A stretch of DNA of 60,998 bases, filler included. It is 6 parts of 6 records of this genome, joined end to end, with 100 filler letters (N's around TTAATTAATTAA, not from the genome) between each part and the next. Parts side by side here need not be neighbours in the genome. Positions count along the whole stretch, not along the records: positions 22,193 to 33,327 come from SRR31147125_13605; positions 33,428 to 43,373 come from SRR31147125_13655; 4 more parts are not named here. The stretch is one strand, 5' to 3'. Shown piece by piece: positions 31,898 through 42,235 of this stretch; within the stretch, counting starts at the first letter, position 1, and each line of letters starts with the position of its first letter. The translations under genes and the position numbers were made by a program. A model generated the notes under the pieces. The model ran no database searches. It was given only the letters and a program-made list of their open reading frames with translations, and was not told where the DNA came from.

Positions 31898-32659
31898 TTA
31901 GTTATTGCCTCGAATAATTCCGTAAGTATCTTCCATTTCATCATCGGTAACCGTCTCGGCAGTACGAATTTGATCATAAATTGCTGCGGGAATGGTAAAT
32001 GGAGCACCTGCATTATTTTTCAACTTTAAGAATGTAAGCTTGGTATTTTCACTCACATCTATTTCAGTTAGTGTTGCCCCAAAATTTCCATCATTTAAAA
32101 CATCCCCATCGTTTAATTGTAAATAGGTAAGATTTGGAAACATTGAAAAATCAACCGATGAAAACTCATGTCGAAACAAGTGTAAATATTTCATATCGGC
32201 TTCAGGGTGAAAAACTATTGATCGCTTCCATCCTGTAAAGTCTTTTTGAAAGTCCTGATCACCACTCGTATTTGTATAATGTAGACTATCTAACCAAGGA
32301 AGCATGGTAATATCGATATCCTCCAGGTGATGGTAGCTAATATCCAGATACTCCAGGTTTTTAAAATATCTTAAATCATCCAGTGTTGTAAAATCAGGAT
32401 CAGTACCTTTAGAAGTACCTGCCAGTTTAAGTTTTGTGGTTAACAAAACTGCATCGCTGGTTGTGTCAATGTAGTACAAATTTTCTGTTTCATCCAAAAA
32501 CGCATAACCATCATCGAACAACTCTAGACCCACTACCTGATCGATAAGGTAATGTCTGTTTTCATCCGTTGCTCCACCGATTAATTCAGGTTCATCTAAT
32601 GAACATGCTGACATTAGTACAGCTAAAACCGTTAATCCGCTAATTAATAATTCTTTCAT
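31898..32659 (-). CDS. Leucine-rich repeat lipoprotein
   Basis: Start MKELLISG, lipobox MSAC, LRYFKNLEYLDIS, IDVSENTKLTFLKLKNN. Confidence 0.8.
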   Translation of the reverse strand: MKELLISGLTVLAVLMSACSLDEPELIGGATDENRHYLIDQVVGLELFDDGYAFLDETENLYYIDTTSDAVLLTTKLKLAGTSKGTDPDFTTLDDLRYFKNLEYLDISYHHLEDIDITMLPWLDSLHYTNTSGDQDFQKDFTGWKRSIVFHPEADMKYLHLFRHEFSSVDFSMFPNLTYLQLNDGDVLNDGNFGATLTEIDVSENTKLTFLKLKNNAGAPFTIPAAIYDQIRTAETVTDDEMEDTYGIIRGNN

Positions 32660-32762
32660 TTGTTTTTGCTTTGTTTTATTTGATTCCAATTTTTTATAAT
32701 GAAATCTTAAACCTTTTTATTGTTATCGTGTTATACTACGTTAAGTATATCAAATCACGATG

Positions 32763-32823
32763 CAAAAGTAAATGAACAAACTACTTATTTAGATACCAAT
32801 CGGTATCATTATTAGATACCAAT
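32763..32823 (-). promoter_or_regulatory. Bacteroidota promoter plus MocR/GabR-type operator
   Basis: -7 element TACTTTTG on the minus strand (32763-32770); TTAGATACCAAT direct repeat (32789-32800, 32812-32823); inverted repeat GATACC-N4-GGTATC (32792-32807). Confidence 0.7.
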
Positions 32824-32853
32824 TATTATACAATAATTGAATGGAAAGAATAA

Positions 32854-33327
32854 CTAGCTAAAACTATTGATGAGCTTGGCCATTATATCTACTTTGCGTT
32901 TTAAAACGGGTACAGGTACTGGGGAATATCCGAAAATCAAACCCGATTCACTCTGTTTGGTAACAAAACACTTTTTTAATGAATGTACCGCAATATTATT
33001 ATGATTGAGCATTTTGATAACCTCCTGCTCATCTACTTTACTATGTAAATAAGCGGTTACATGAAGACTTCTGAATGGTGTGTGTATAATTTTCAATAAA
33101 TCAGTTTCATTTTCGAGTCTCGATATAAAAAGATCCCTTCTTTCCTGAGCAACATCAATTACATTATGCAAATGTTTTAACAGGTAATTTCTTTCGATAA
33201 ATTGATCCATTACCAATTGAATAGATGGGGTGACAAAGCGATGTGAATGTTCTTGAAATGCAGTTATTGCATCAGCGAGATAATTAGGAACAATCATATA
33301 GCCTAAACGAATCGAGGGATGAAGCAA
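32854..33327 (-). CDS. MocR/GabR-family PLP-dependent transcriptional regulator, C-terminal fragment
   Basis: LHPSIRLGYMIVP, Q...FI...HL...ERRD, LH, GLIFGYS are typical of the MocR aminotransferase-like domain. Confidence 0.82.
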   Translation of the reverse strand: MLHPSIRLGYMIVPNYLADAITAFQEHSHRFVTPSIQLVMDQFIERNYLLKHLHNVIDVAQERRDLFISRLENETDLLKIIHTPFRSLHVTAYLHSKVDEQEVIKMLNHNNIAVHSLKKCFVTKQSESGLIFGYSPVPVPVLKRKVDIMAKLINSFS

Positions 33328-33427
33328 NNNNNNNNNNNNNNNNNNNNNNNNNNNNNNNNNNNNNNNNNNNNTTAATTAATTAANNNNNNNNNNNNNNNNN
33401 NNNNNNNNNNNNNNNNNNNNNNNNNNN
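33328..33427. other. Artificial contig spacer
   Basis: N44-TTAATTAATTAA-N44. Confidence 0.99.
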
Positions 33428-33428
33428 T

Positions 33429-33530
33429 TTTAAGAAGAGCGTAGGACAAACACCATCGCAGTACCGCAAAAAATACAACCGAATGTTTACCAATGTTAAT
33501 ACTAGTTTAGAAGTACAATCGGTTCTATAA
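33429..33530 (+). CDS. AraC-family regulator, C-terminal fragment
   Basis: Manual translation FKKSVGQTPSQYRKK matches the AraC C-terminal signature. Confidence 0.75.
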   Translation, partial: FKKSVGQTPSQYRKKYNRMFTNVNTSLEVQSVL

Positions 33531-33806
33531 GATGAATTAGTAAGGATTATATCCGCTGGGCATTATGCAACGATGCAATATGTAAAAACATAATTGTTTG
33601 AGGAAAATGTTCGCCCAATTTATGATGATATTCCTAAATATTGTTTTATTTAGCTGTAAACTACATTGTTTCGGACTTGGTAAAGAAAAACTCCTGTTTG
33701 CTGTATTATTGAATTTACTTTAACATTCGAAAAAGCCGGATTCTCTTTTTCGCACCAAGTTGTGAAGCATTGAAATGTAATGATTAAGAAACTATAAAAA
33801 TTAGCC

Positions 33807-34988
33807 ATGAAAAAATCAAACGTATTATTAGCATTAATTGTATTTCTGATTTGCCCAAAGATCTCATACAGCCAAGGAAATAATAAAATAATAGCTGGTG
33901 AAAAGCATTCGATTTATTCAGAAATAATTGGTGTAGAAAAAGAGTATTGGGTGCATTTGCCCAATAATTACTATCAAAGTGAAAATAAATACCCTGTCTT
34001 ATTTATTATGGATGGTGAAGAACATTTTTACCTGGCTTCTGGAACTTCTGAGTTTATGAGTTCTCAATACATAATCCCTGAAATGATTGTTGTGGCAATA
34101 TTTCATGATGATAGGAACCATGATCTTACACCAACGCACAGTTTGAAAGATTTAAACGGTTTTGAGAGCAATGCAGCAAAAGTGAGTGGTGGCGGAGAAA
34201 AACTGTTGCAGTTTATAGAAAAAGAGTTGATCCCTAAAATAGAAGATACTTACAGAACCGGTTCCTTCAGAATATTTGCCGGTCATTCTCTGGGAGGTTT
34301 ATTGTCTGTTTATGCCTATTTAAATTACAATCAACTTTTTGGTGCTTTTATTGCGATGGATCCAGCTTTAACATGGGATAATCATTTATGTGAACGGATA
34401 CTAAAGTCTACTACCCAGCCATCATCTAACTTTACTAGTAAGCTATATATTTCTTCAGCGCATAATGCACCTCGCGATAAGAAGGATAAGAGTCCTTTCC
34501 GGTTATCACAAAATGCCTTTTCCGATGCACTAAAGGCAAAGCAAATTAACAATACGCAACATGATTATTTTGAGAATAACAATCATTTAACTGTCCCCTA
34601 TGAAAGCATGTATGCAGGCTTATCGTATATATTTTCTGATTTTTATATCCTGGAAGATCCGCAATTTGAGCTTGAGGTCTCATATATACAGGAATTTTAT
34701 AAGAAAAAATCAAATCAATATGGAATTGAGTTTATCCCATCAGAAAGACTGGTAGAGATGTTTGGAAAATATTTTCTTTTTGATATAAATAATTACGAAA
34801 AAGCTATTGAGTTCTTTAAGCTAAACACTGCCAATTATCCAGCTTCATACAAAGCTTTTAAATATTTAGCCAGGGCATATAAAGAGCATGGAGAAACAGA
34901 AGATGCAATTTTAAACTATAAAAAAGCATTGGAATTTAACCCTGAAGATAAAGAAATACAAGAGTTGATAAATGAGTTGGAGAATTAA
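33807..34988 (+). CDS. Secreted esterase (IroE/Fes-like alpha/beta hydrolase) with C-terminal TPR
   Basis: YPVLFIMDG, RNHDLTP, GHSLGG, TPR helices KAIEFFKLN...YKKALEFNP. Confidence 0.88.
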   Translation: MKKSNVLLALIVFLICPKISYSQGNNKIIAGEKHSIYSEIIGVEKEYWVHLPNNYYQSENKYPVLFIMDGEEHFYLASGTSEFMSSQYIIPEMIVVAIFHDDRNHDLTPTHSLKDLNGFESNAAKVSGGGEKLLQFIEKELIPKIEDTYRTGSFRIFAGHSLGGLLSVYAYLNYNQLFGAFIAMDPALTWDNHLCERILKSTTQPSSNFTSKLYISSAHNAPRDKKDKSPFRLSQNAFSDALKAKQINNTQHDYFENNNHLTVPYESMYAGLSYIFSDFYILEDPQFELEVSYIQEFYKKKSNQYGIEFIPSERLVEMFGKYFLFDINNYEKAIEFFKLNTANYPASYKAFKYLARAYKEHGETEDAILNYKKALEFNPEDKEIQELINELEN

Positions 34989-35171
34989 GTTTTTTATGTT
35001 CTGCATTTAATCTGAAAACTAATTTGCTTTCAATAATTACTTTACAAAAGTTAGTAGTCAAGCCAAGTAATTACATTATCAAAAAAACTTATCATACATC
35101 ATTAATCCGGAGAAATACTCAATTACTCATATTGATAAAAAAACGGGTTTATCTGATTATTTAAACTTTTA

Positions 35172-35179
35172 TACATTTG
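35172..35179 (+). promoter_or_regulatory. Bacteroidota -7 promoter element
   Basis: TACATTTG (TAnnTTTG) upstream of the LuxR gene. Confidence 0.5.
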
Positions 35180-35262
35180 CACAAAGCGTAACGGTTTTTG
35201 TATTGAACTAAAATCTCACTGATTAAAACTTTACTGATAATACTAAGAAACATTCTGCATGT

Positions 35263-35967
35263 ATGAAACTACATTCTGAAAAAGAAATTTTGAAACAAAA
35301 TACCATTGATCTGGAATATTGCTCACTATTGGAAAAAAATGGAGTAGTTACTCTTGATGAATTGAGTGATTTAATTCCGGGATACATTCATTTAAATAAT
35401 CGAGAAACACTCGGATTGGAGTATGTTAGTCCCAAAGGATTGGATAAATTTGAAAAAACCATTCATGAAGTGCAGGCAGAAGGAAGGGAATTCATTGATA
35501 ATATTTCAGATAAAAAATCGCAATATATTTTTAATACTTCATTAATTAATTATTCACTTTATGGCAATAAATCTTTGCCGTTTAGTTTTATTCAAAGGTT
35601 AAGATATACTTCAAAATCAGATTATTTACTTTTTTACACCACGTCGAAGCATCATCATGACCAGCAACATTTGATTTCGTATACACAACCCTTACAGATT
35701 TTAAGGAATGATACATTTTTAAAAGAAATAGTAGAAGACAGTTATTGTTTTTTTAATGAGCATTTTTTACAGTTTAGCTTATTAACACAAAGAGAGAAGG
35801 AGATTTTATATTTAATTGCGAATGGTGATTCTAATAAGGAAATATCGGAAAAGCTATGTATATCTTTTGAAACAGTTAAAACCCACAGAAAGAATATTTG
35901 TAAAAAGTTAGAAACAGGTAAGTTGATTGATTTAGTAAAATATGCACAAGTATTTTTGAAAAAATAA
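35263..35967 (+). CDS. LuxR-family HTH regulator with N-terminal PAS-like region
   Basis: LTQREKEILYLIANGDSNKEISEKLCISFETVKTHRKNICKKL. Confidence 0.92.
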   Translation: MKLHSEKEILKQNTIDLEYCSLLEKNGVVTLDELSDLIPGYIHLNNRETLGLEYVSPKGLDKFEKTIHEVQAEGREFIDNISDKKSQYIFNTSLINYSLYGNKSLPFSFIQRLRYTSKSDYLLFYTTSKHHHDQQHLISYTQPLQILRNDTFLKEIVEDSYCFFNEHFLQFSLLTQREKEILYLIANGDSNKEISEKLCISFETVKTHRKNICKKLETGKLIDLVKYAQVFLKK

Positions 35968-36048
35968 ATACCCCCACGACGGTATTGCAGATATTCTGTG
36001 AATTTGATTTTTTTACCCTCATTGAAAAATTTATAAGGGTATAAGAAT

Positions 36049-36726
36049 ATGAATAAAGAATTTGGAATATTATTGGTTTTGTCGTTGTTAATGAATACTG
36101 TAAATGCGCAAGGTCCGAATAGAACATTCGGTAAGTTTAAAAAGCAAAATGGGGAGACTGAATTAACCTGTTCTACCAATTGCGCCACAATTATTTTGGT
36201 TTATGAAAAAGGTACATATATAAATTCAGTAAAGGCAGCCGTCGGTATTAATGATAAATTCGCATTGGCATCTGAAAAAGGGTATTATATAGAATTTCAA
36301 ATTCCTGCCGGAACACATAAAATTAGCTTACCTCAGGGAGTTAATGGCAATGATGGAATGTATAAATTAGAACAAATTGATTGGGAAGAATCTGATTTTA
36401 TTTGCTTGGCCTCAACGTATTCTGATTGGGAAAATTATCAAATTAAATTGAACGCAGATGTCACAAACCTACAGTATAACCTTACAGATGTGCCGTATAC
36501 CAATAAAATGTTCGCAAACCAGATTAATTACCTAACATTTGAGCGAAACTTTAAATCGGGTAATACATATTATTTTAAAACAGTTAAACTAGCAAAAGGA
36601 CTTTCCTTGGCATGTGGGCCAATTATTACAGAAACAACTAAAGATGATTTTTCTGCAATTATTGAAGGGAAAAATATTAAAGGTAAAGGAAAAGCTATTA
36701 TTTACTCAAATCCTTCAAAGAAATAA
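36049..36726 (+). CDS. Secreted hypothetical protein (DUF2846-like)
   Basis: Signal peptide; GYYIEFQIPAGTHKI and KSGNTYYFK motifs. Confidence 0.55.
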   Translation: MNKEFGILLVLSLLMNTVNAQGPNRTFGKFKKQNGETELTCSTNCATIILVYEKGTYINSVKAAVGINDKFALASEKGYYIEFQIPAGTHKISLPQGVNGNDGMYKLEQIDWEESDFICLASTYSDWENYQIKLNADVTNLQYNLTDVPYTNKMFANQINYLTFERNFKSGNTYYFKTVKLAKGLSLACGPIITETTKDDFSAIIEGKNIKGKGKAIIYSNPSKK

Positions 36727-36728
36727 CC

Positions 36729-37445
36729 ATGAGAAAAATTATTAAAGTATTTGCCGTATCAATATTCTCTGTATCATTATCCGCACAAGACATTAATCGA
36801 CAGGGATTCTATATGTCAATTGGAATTGGGTCAAGTTTTACAAATTATGAGCTTGACGGAAGTATAAATAAACCTTCAAATTCGACACTCTATTATGGTG
36901 CCATGTGGTTGGGAGATATAAACTCGGATGATATAGATGGTGATTTGGAAAGTTATCCTTTTACAAAAAATAGTTTTGGACTAAGAACTAATTTCAATCT
37001 TGGCTATGGGATTAATAACCAATTGATCGTTTCATACATGAACAGGGTGTCATATATCCTCGACGATATTCTTAGCAGAACAAATTATTCTTCGCATTAT
37101 GAAACTCCCCCTGCTTTAACAATAGCTGGCGTAACCGGAGTCGAAGTGGATTATTTTTTATCGGACAAAATGAAAAGTCCATATTTATCAGTTGGTGGAG
37201 GAGTGTCACTTTGGAATCAGCCAGGTGTTTCAGATTATCTCACAAAATCTGGTTTTGGCTTTACATTTGGAGGAGGGTACCAACTTTCGAGACATCTATG
37301 CCTTGATGTTAGTATGTTGTATTTACAAGGAGACTTAACCAATAAAATCAAAAACGAAATAGAAAACCTTGGCGAAAATATTAGTATTGAGAATAATTAT
37401 AAGGCGTTTTCCATTGGGTTAAACATAAAGTATGTATTGTTTTAG
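36729..37445 (+). CDS. Outer-membrane beta-barrel protein
   Basis: Signal peptide, SPYLSVGGG, GFGFTFGGGYQL, C-terminal Phe. Confidence 0.75.
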   Translation: MRKIIKVFAVSIFSVSLSAQDINRQGFYMSIGIGSSFTNYELDGSINKPSNSTLYYGAMWLGDINSDDIDGDLESYPFTKNSFGLRTNFNLGYGINNQLIVSYMNRVSYILDDILSRTNYSSHYETPPALTIAGVTGVEVDYFLSDKMKSPYLSVGGGVSLWNQPGVSDYLTKSGFGFTFGGGYQLSRHLCLDVSMLYLQGDLTNKIKNEIENLGENISIENNYKAFSIGLNIKYVLF

Positions 37446-37452
37446 GTAAAAA

Positions 37453-37492
37453 AAATCGAACTAATTCCAAAATGGAACCATTAGTTCGATTT
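37453..37492. terminator. Bidirectional terminator between convergent genes
   Basis: AAATCGAACTAAT...ATTAGTTCGATTT 13-bp inverted repeat. Confidence 0.65.
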
Positions 37493-37549
37493 AATTTTGA
37501 TACGATTTTTTATGAAGTAAGAAATTAAGTTTTAATGTCTGAACTCAAG

Positions 37550-38287
37550 TTATTTAAGTTGCTCAATTTTCAATCTCTTAATCAAAAGCCACAACGTCAA
37601 TGATAACTCACCTACCACGCCGGGAATAATCACTACCATGGATAGTATTGATTTATAGTCTTCGTAATTGGTCATCATAAACTGGGCAAAGCTATCTGCT
37701 AGGTAACCAACTGCAGCCACCATTAAAAGTATTCCAATAAAGTTGGCTACAAAATTTGACCTTAAGATGAGGTAGCCAAGTGCAAATAAATGTATTCCAA
37801 AGAATACCAAACCAACCAGCCAGGTATAGTTAAATGCGTTAACCGATAACATGAGCTGGGCCTGAAGCTGGTTCTCATCAAAAGCAAAAAGGTATTCGGC
37901 GCCGCTGGTTATGCTCATAACATCAAAAAGGTGGAAAAGGGCAACACCAAATATGGCGCAATTTACTAACCTGAACCATGCTGAAAATAATGCCAGGTTT
38001 TTATTAACCGGTTTAAACAAAACATACAGAGCCCAGGTAAGTATAACATCAAAAATTACCATGAGGATAAAGCTCAAAACACCAATGCGGAATTGCGTTC
38101 CGTTTTCTACTATGTTTTTAAATGTTTTAGCTGAATCTTCACTAACAACAAGTCCTTCGAGGATGAAAAAGTTTGCGAATATTCCTGTTACGAAAATCAC
38201 GAGGTATCCGATACCAGCTATCCTGGCAATTCTTTGTAATGAATTTTTATTTGTTTCCATTTTTATGAGTTTTAATTGAATTTTCAA
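37550..38287 (-). CDS. DUF4386-family membrane protein
   Basis: ARIAGIGYL, FFGIH, GELSLTLWLLIK; about 6 TM helices. Confidence 0.8.
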   Translation of the reverse strand: MKIQLKLIKMETNKNSLQRIARIAGIGYLVIFVTGIFANFFILEGLVVSEDSAKTFKNIVENGTQFRIGVLSFILMVIFDVILTWALYVLFKPVNKNLALFSAWFRLVNCAIFGVALFHLFDVMSITSGAEYLFAFDENQLQAQLMLSVNAFNYTWLVGLVFFGIHLFALGYLILRSNFVANFIGILLMVAAVGYLADSFAQFMMTNYEDYKSILSMVVIIPGVVGELSLTLWLLIKRLKIEQLK

Positions 38288-38325
38288 AAAAGATTATTTG
38301 TACACTTAATTGTATTTGTGTATTT

Positions 38326-39129
38326 CTATTTTTCAGAAATAATAATTGTATCCCTGCTAATGGTATAAGCCCCAAAATACCCAAGAGCATCACCGGTTAT
38401 GTTTGTTTCAGGGTTTGCAGGATTTGCATTTGCAATAAATGAACTTTCGCTTAGTGCATTTAATGCCTGGTAATAATCGTATGTTGATTCATCAAGAGTT
38501 TGAATTTCTACTTCTACGGTGTCTTCTGGCATAAACTGCTCTGTGTCCCATCGCATCATTATTTCATTTCCGTCAACATACTCATCATCAAATACGGTTA
38601 ATGTTTTCTTAGCTTTTGTTGTGTCATTGATATTATACACTTTCATTCTATAGAAATTCTCTACACCTTTTGGATCAGGTAAATGGCAGTAAACCAGATA
38701 ACCACCTGAAAATTCGAGGTAAACAGGAGTTTCTTCATACGATAGCATTGTTATATCTACTTTTTGAGGCATCATTACATTTGCTGTATATTCTTCTCCT
38801 TCAACCATAACGCTTAATGAATATGTGTTGCCTTCGTTGCCAATTAAATTATTTGAAGCATATTTTCCAGGGGCAGTTTTTTCAAAGTTTGTAATCACAC
38901 CATTTTGATCTGTGACAGTGATTAATGCATCATTAATTTTTGGATAACTACTTGGTTCAAAATAATCGCTTGACATAGAAAGCTGCACTGTGCTTGTGCC
39001 TTCTTCTGAGCCGGATATTTTTCCGACGATTACTAATTTGGGATCATTCGATTTTAAATCGATATCAATAACGTCTTCGCAAGAAGTAAAAATTATTACT
39101 AAGCTGAGTATTGTTAATATTGTTTTCAT
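38326..39129 (-). CDS. DUF4249-family lipoprotein
   Basis: FTSCEDVIDIDL lipobox, NFYR, NPETNITGDALGYF; follows the TonB receptor. Confidence 0.82.
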   Translation of the reverse strand: MKTILTILSLVIIFTSCEDVIDIDLKSNDPKLVIVGKISGSEEGTSTVQLSMSSDYFEPSSYPKINDALITVTDQNGVITNFEKTAPGKYASNNLIGNEGNTYSLSVMVEGEEYTANVMMPQKVDITMLSYEETPVYLEFSGGYLVYCHLPDPKGVENFYRMKVYNINDTTKAKKTLTVFDDEYVDGNEIMMRWDTEQFMPEDTVEVEIQTLDESTYDYYQALNALSESSFIANANPANPETNITGDALGYFGAYTISRDTIIISEK

Positions 39130-39149
39130 ATCTAAATATTTTTGAGTTA

Positions 39150-41473
39150 TTAAAATTTAAAATTGTAAGTAACCGATGGGAGCATTTGGAATAATGACAA
39201 ACGGACTGCTTCGGTTTTTGTCGGGTCGTTTTCATTTGCCCTAAATGAAATTGAAAAAGCATTTCGGTGAGCGTATAGATTGTAAATCGAGAAATTCCAG
39301 CTCGACTCAAATCTTTTTTCTTTTTCACAGTATACGTTGCTGCAACATCCAGGCGGTGGTAGTCTGGCATTCTGTAGCCATTCCTGTCGGTATAGGCGGG
39401 TACGGTGAAATCATCAACCTGGTATTTGCCACTTGGAAAGGTAACAGCATTTCCTGTATTGTATACCCAGCTCGCAGAAATATTCCATTTTTTGTTAAGC
39501 TGATACATGGCAACCATTGAAATATCATGTGTGCGATCGTGTTTTGCCGGATACCATGCTCCATTTTCAATATCATCAATTGATTTTTCAGTTCTCGAAA
39601 GCGTATATCCTATCCACCCTGTAAGTGATCCTGATTTTTTCTTGATAAACAGTTCCGTGCCATAAGCCCTTCCTTTACCAAATACCAGTTGAGATTCAAC
39701 ATCTTTGTTGAACATTATTTCAGCACCATTTTGGTAGTCAATTTGGTTTTTCAGGTTTTTGTAATACACCTCAATAGATGATTCGAACATATTATTATTA
39801 AAGTTCCTGAAAAACCCTACAGCAACCTGGTTGGAAATTTGAGGTTTAACATTTTTACTGCTTCCTAACCAAACATCGGTAGGCAGTGAAGCCGAAGAAT
39901 TTGATAACAAGTGAATATATTGTGCATTACGGGCATACGAGAATTTAATGGAGTTTTGTGGGTTTAACACAAAGTTAAAAGTTGCCCGTGGTTCAATAGT
40001 TCCGTATTGCTTAATAATTTCGTTATTGGAAAAGACCTCTGTGCTTGTAATTTCATCATCGCTACCATAAGAATGAACAGTGTCCGGGCCAAATGAAACA
40101 AAAGTTGAGTATCTCAATCCATAGGTTATTTTTAGAAAATCGGCTGCATCTATCTTATGAGAAATATAGGCAGCACCTTCAAGAGCATTTTTTTTATCCA
40201 TAAAAAGTGGATCAAACTGCTCTTCATCTTTTGCCCAAATTTCGCCAGGACTAAACGTGTGGTAAACTGCGTTAATTCCAAACTTTAACGTGTTCCTGGT
40301 ATTAATATAATATTGAAAATCTTCTTTTAAGTTGAAATCTTTTATGGCAGACTCAACATAAATGGTGTTGTCAGAAAAATTGTAACTAAATCCATAATTA
40401 AAATTGCTGTAGATTAACGAACTATTTAAAAACAACCTGTTCCCAAATACATGGTTCCAGCGAAAAGTTCCGGTTGCATTTCCCCATTTTAATCCAACAA
40501 GATCGTTAATTTCAAAAACATCCCTTCCAAAATAACCCGATAAGAAAATACGGTTTTTATCATTGATACGGTAATTTGTTTTTGCGTTTAGATCATAGAA
40601 ATATAAATCTGTATTCGCTCTTTCATTGTTTCGTGAAAAAACCATAAACATATCGGCATAACTTCTCCTTCCTGAAACAATTAACGAACCTTTGTCTTTT
40701 ATGGTAGGTGTCTCAATAGTTAACCTTGAAGATAATAAACCCAATCCTCCGGATGTTGAAAAGCGTTTCGAGTTGCCATCATTCATTTGTATATCTAACA
40801 CAGAAGATAGGCGGCCACCAAATTCAGCGGGTGCATTTCCTTTGTATAATTCTACATCTTTTATAGCATCTGAATTAAATACAGAGAAAAATCCCATAAG
40901 GTGAGATGCATTGTAAATTGGCGCTTCATCTAAGATAATTAGATTCTGATCTGCCCCACCTCCTCTTACATAAAATCCTGTTGTTCCTTCAGAGCCAGCA
41001 TTAATTCCTGGCAAGAGTTGAATGGTTTTTAAAATATCTTGCTCGCCCAAAATTACCGGGATTAGTTTTGCTTCTTTTGTTGAGAGTTTTACAACACTCA
41101 TTTCAGGTTCCAGAATATTTTTGTCCAATGCTTCACTGGTTATAACAACCTCTTCCATCTTGGTAGACATAGGTTGCAACTCAATATCCTTGGTAACATT
41201 TTCAGAAAGTGAAACACGTTCAGATATGCTTTCAAACCCTACATATGAGAACCTAAATGTATAATTGCCAGGCGGCAAAGAGATAGAGAAGAATCCATAG
41301 AGGTTTGTAGTAGTGCCGGTTTTCAATTCCTCAACATAAATTGTTGAACCAATTAAACCTTCACCATTATCGGCATCTTTCATATAACCACTAAGAGTTA
41401 CATTTTGCTGTGCTATGCTTGTTGCTATCGCAATAAGCATGAGCAGTAAACTTGACAGGCTAACTTTTTTCAT
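39150..41473 (-). CDS. TonB-dependent receptor; 1-nt frameshift at the T6 run 39314-39319
   Basis: CarboxypepD_reg-like N-terminus, plug VRGGGADQN, GGRLSSV, YHRLD. Corrected frame ends RFESSWNFSIYN...PSVTYNFKF* at 39150. Confidence 0.9.
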
Positions 41474-41528
41474 TTTATACGATTTATAATTGTTAATTTT
41501 TTTCGAGAATGCTGATGTTGATTCGGTT

Positions 41529-42230
41529 TTAAGCGTGTTGGGTAATAATTGATTTTGTTGTCGCTGATTTTGGTTTCCCCCCGCGGATTAACAGCCAAAA
41601 AGCAAAAGCAATTTCTCCAATTGCCATCGGTGCGCTAAGAACCATTTCGATGTTGTTTATTTGGGGCACAAATGCCGGCATTAGATTTTTTGCCAAGTGG
41701 ATTGAGGTATAACAAACACCGGCAACAACTAATAAAATACCAAATACATTATGTAATGTCTTATTTTTAAGAGCAAGTATACCTAAGAAAATTAGGTGCA
41801 GTCCAAAGATTATAAGTCCCCAAGACCATATAGAATCGAAAGAATTTAAGTTAGATAAAACTTCACCGGAAGTTGTAAAAGGATTTTCAACGATAGTTAA
41901 AACATTAATAAGTTTAAATATGGCGACTGCAAAAAAAGCTGTGTAAATAACTCGTGATAAAGCCATTGCATACGTAAACTTTTTATTCTCGTCGATAAAG
42001 AATTTATACAGTGCCCATGAGGCCAAAACATCACAAATAAGTATAATCATCCATCCAATTATCTCAAATTGAAAAAGTAGTTTTGCGTATTTGAGATTCT
42101 TTATTGTTGCATCAATATCATCTGGGATTATTAGTAAGTTATGGGCATATCCAAATGAGAATCCGGCTACTAATGCCATTATAATAATTGCTATTGCTGC
42201 TGCTAATGCATTTTTTCTTTCTGTAGTCAT
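41529..42230 (-). CDS. DUF4386-family membrane protein
   Basis: Paralogous to 37550-38287 (DV..WALY, FGLHL, GEIAFAFWLLIRG). Confidence 0.8.
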   Translation of the reverse strand: MTTERKNALAAAIAIIIMALVAGFSFGYAHNLLIIPDDIDATIKNLKYAKLLFQFEIIGWMIILICDVLASWALYKFFIDENKKFTYAMALSRVIYTAFFAVAIFKLINVLTIVENPFTTSGEVLSNLNSFDSIWSWGLIIFGLHLIFLGILALKNKTLHNVFGILLVVAGVCYTSIHLAKNLMPAFVPQINNIEMVLSAPMAIGEIAFAFWLLIRGGKPKSATTKSIITQHA

Positions 42231-42235
42231 GATGA

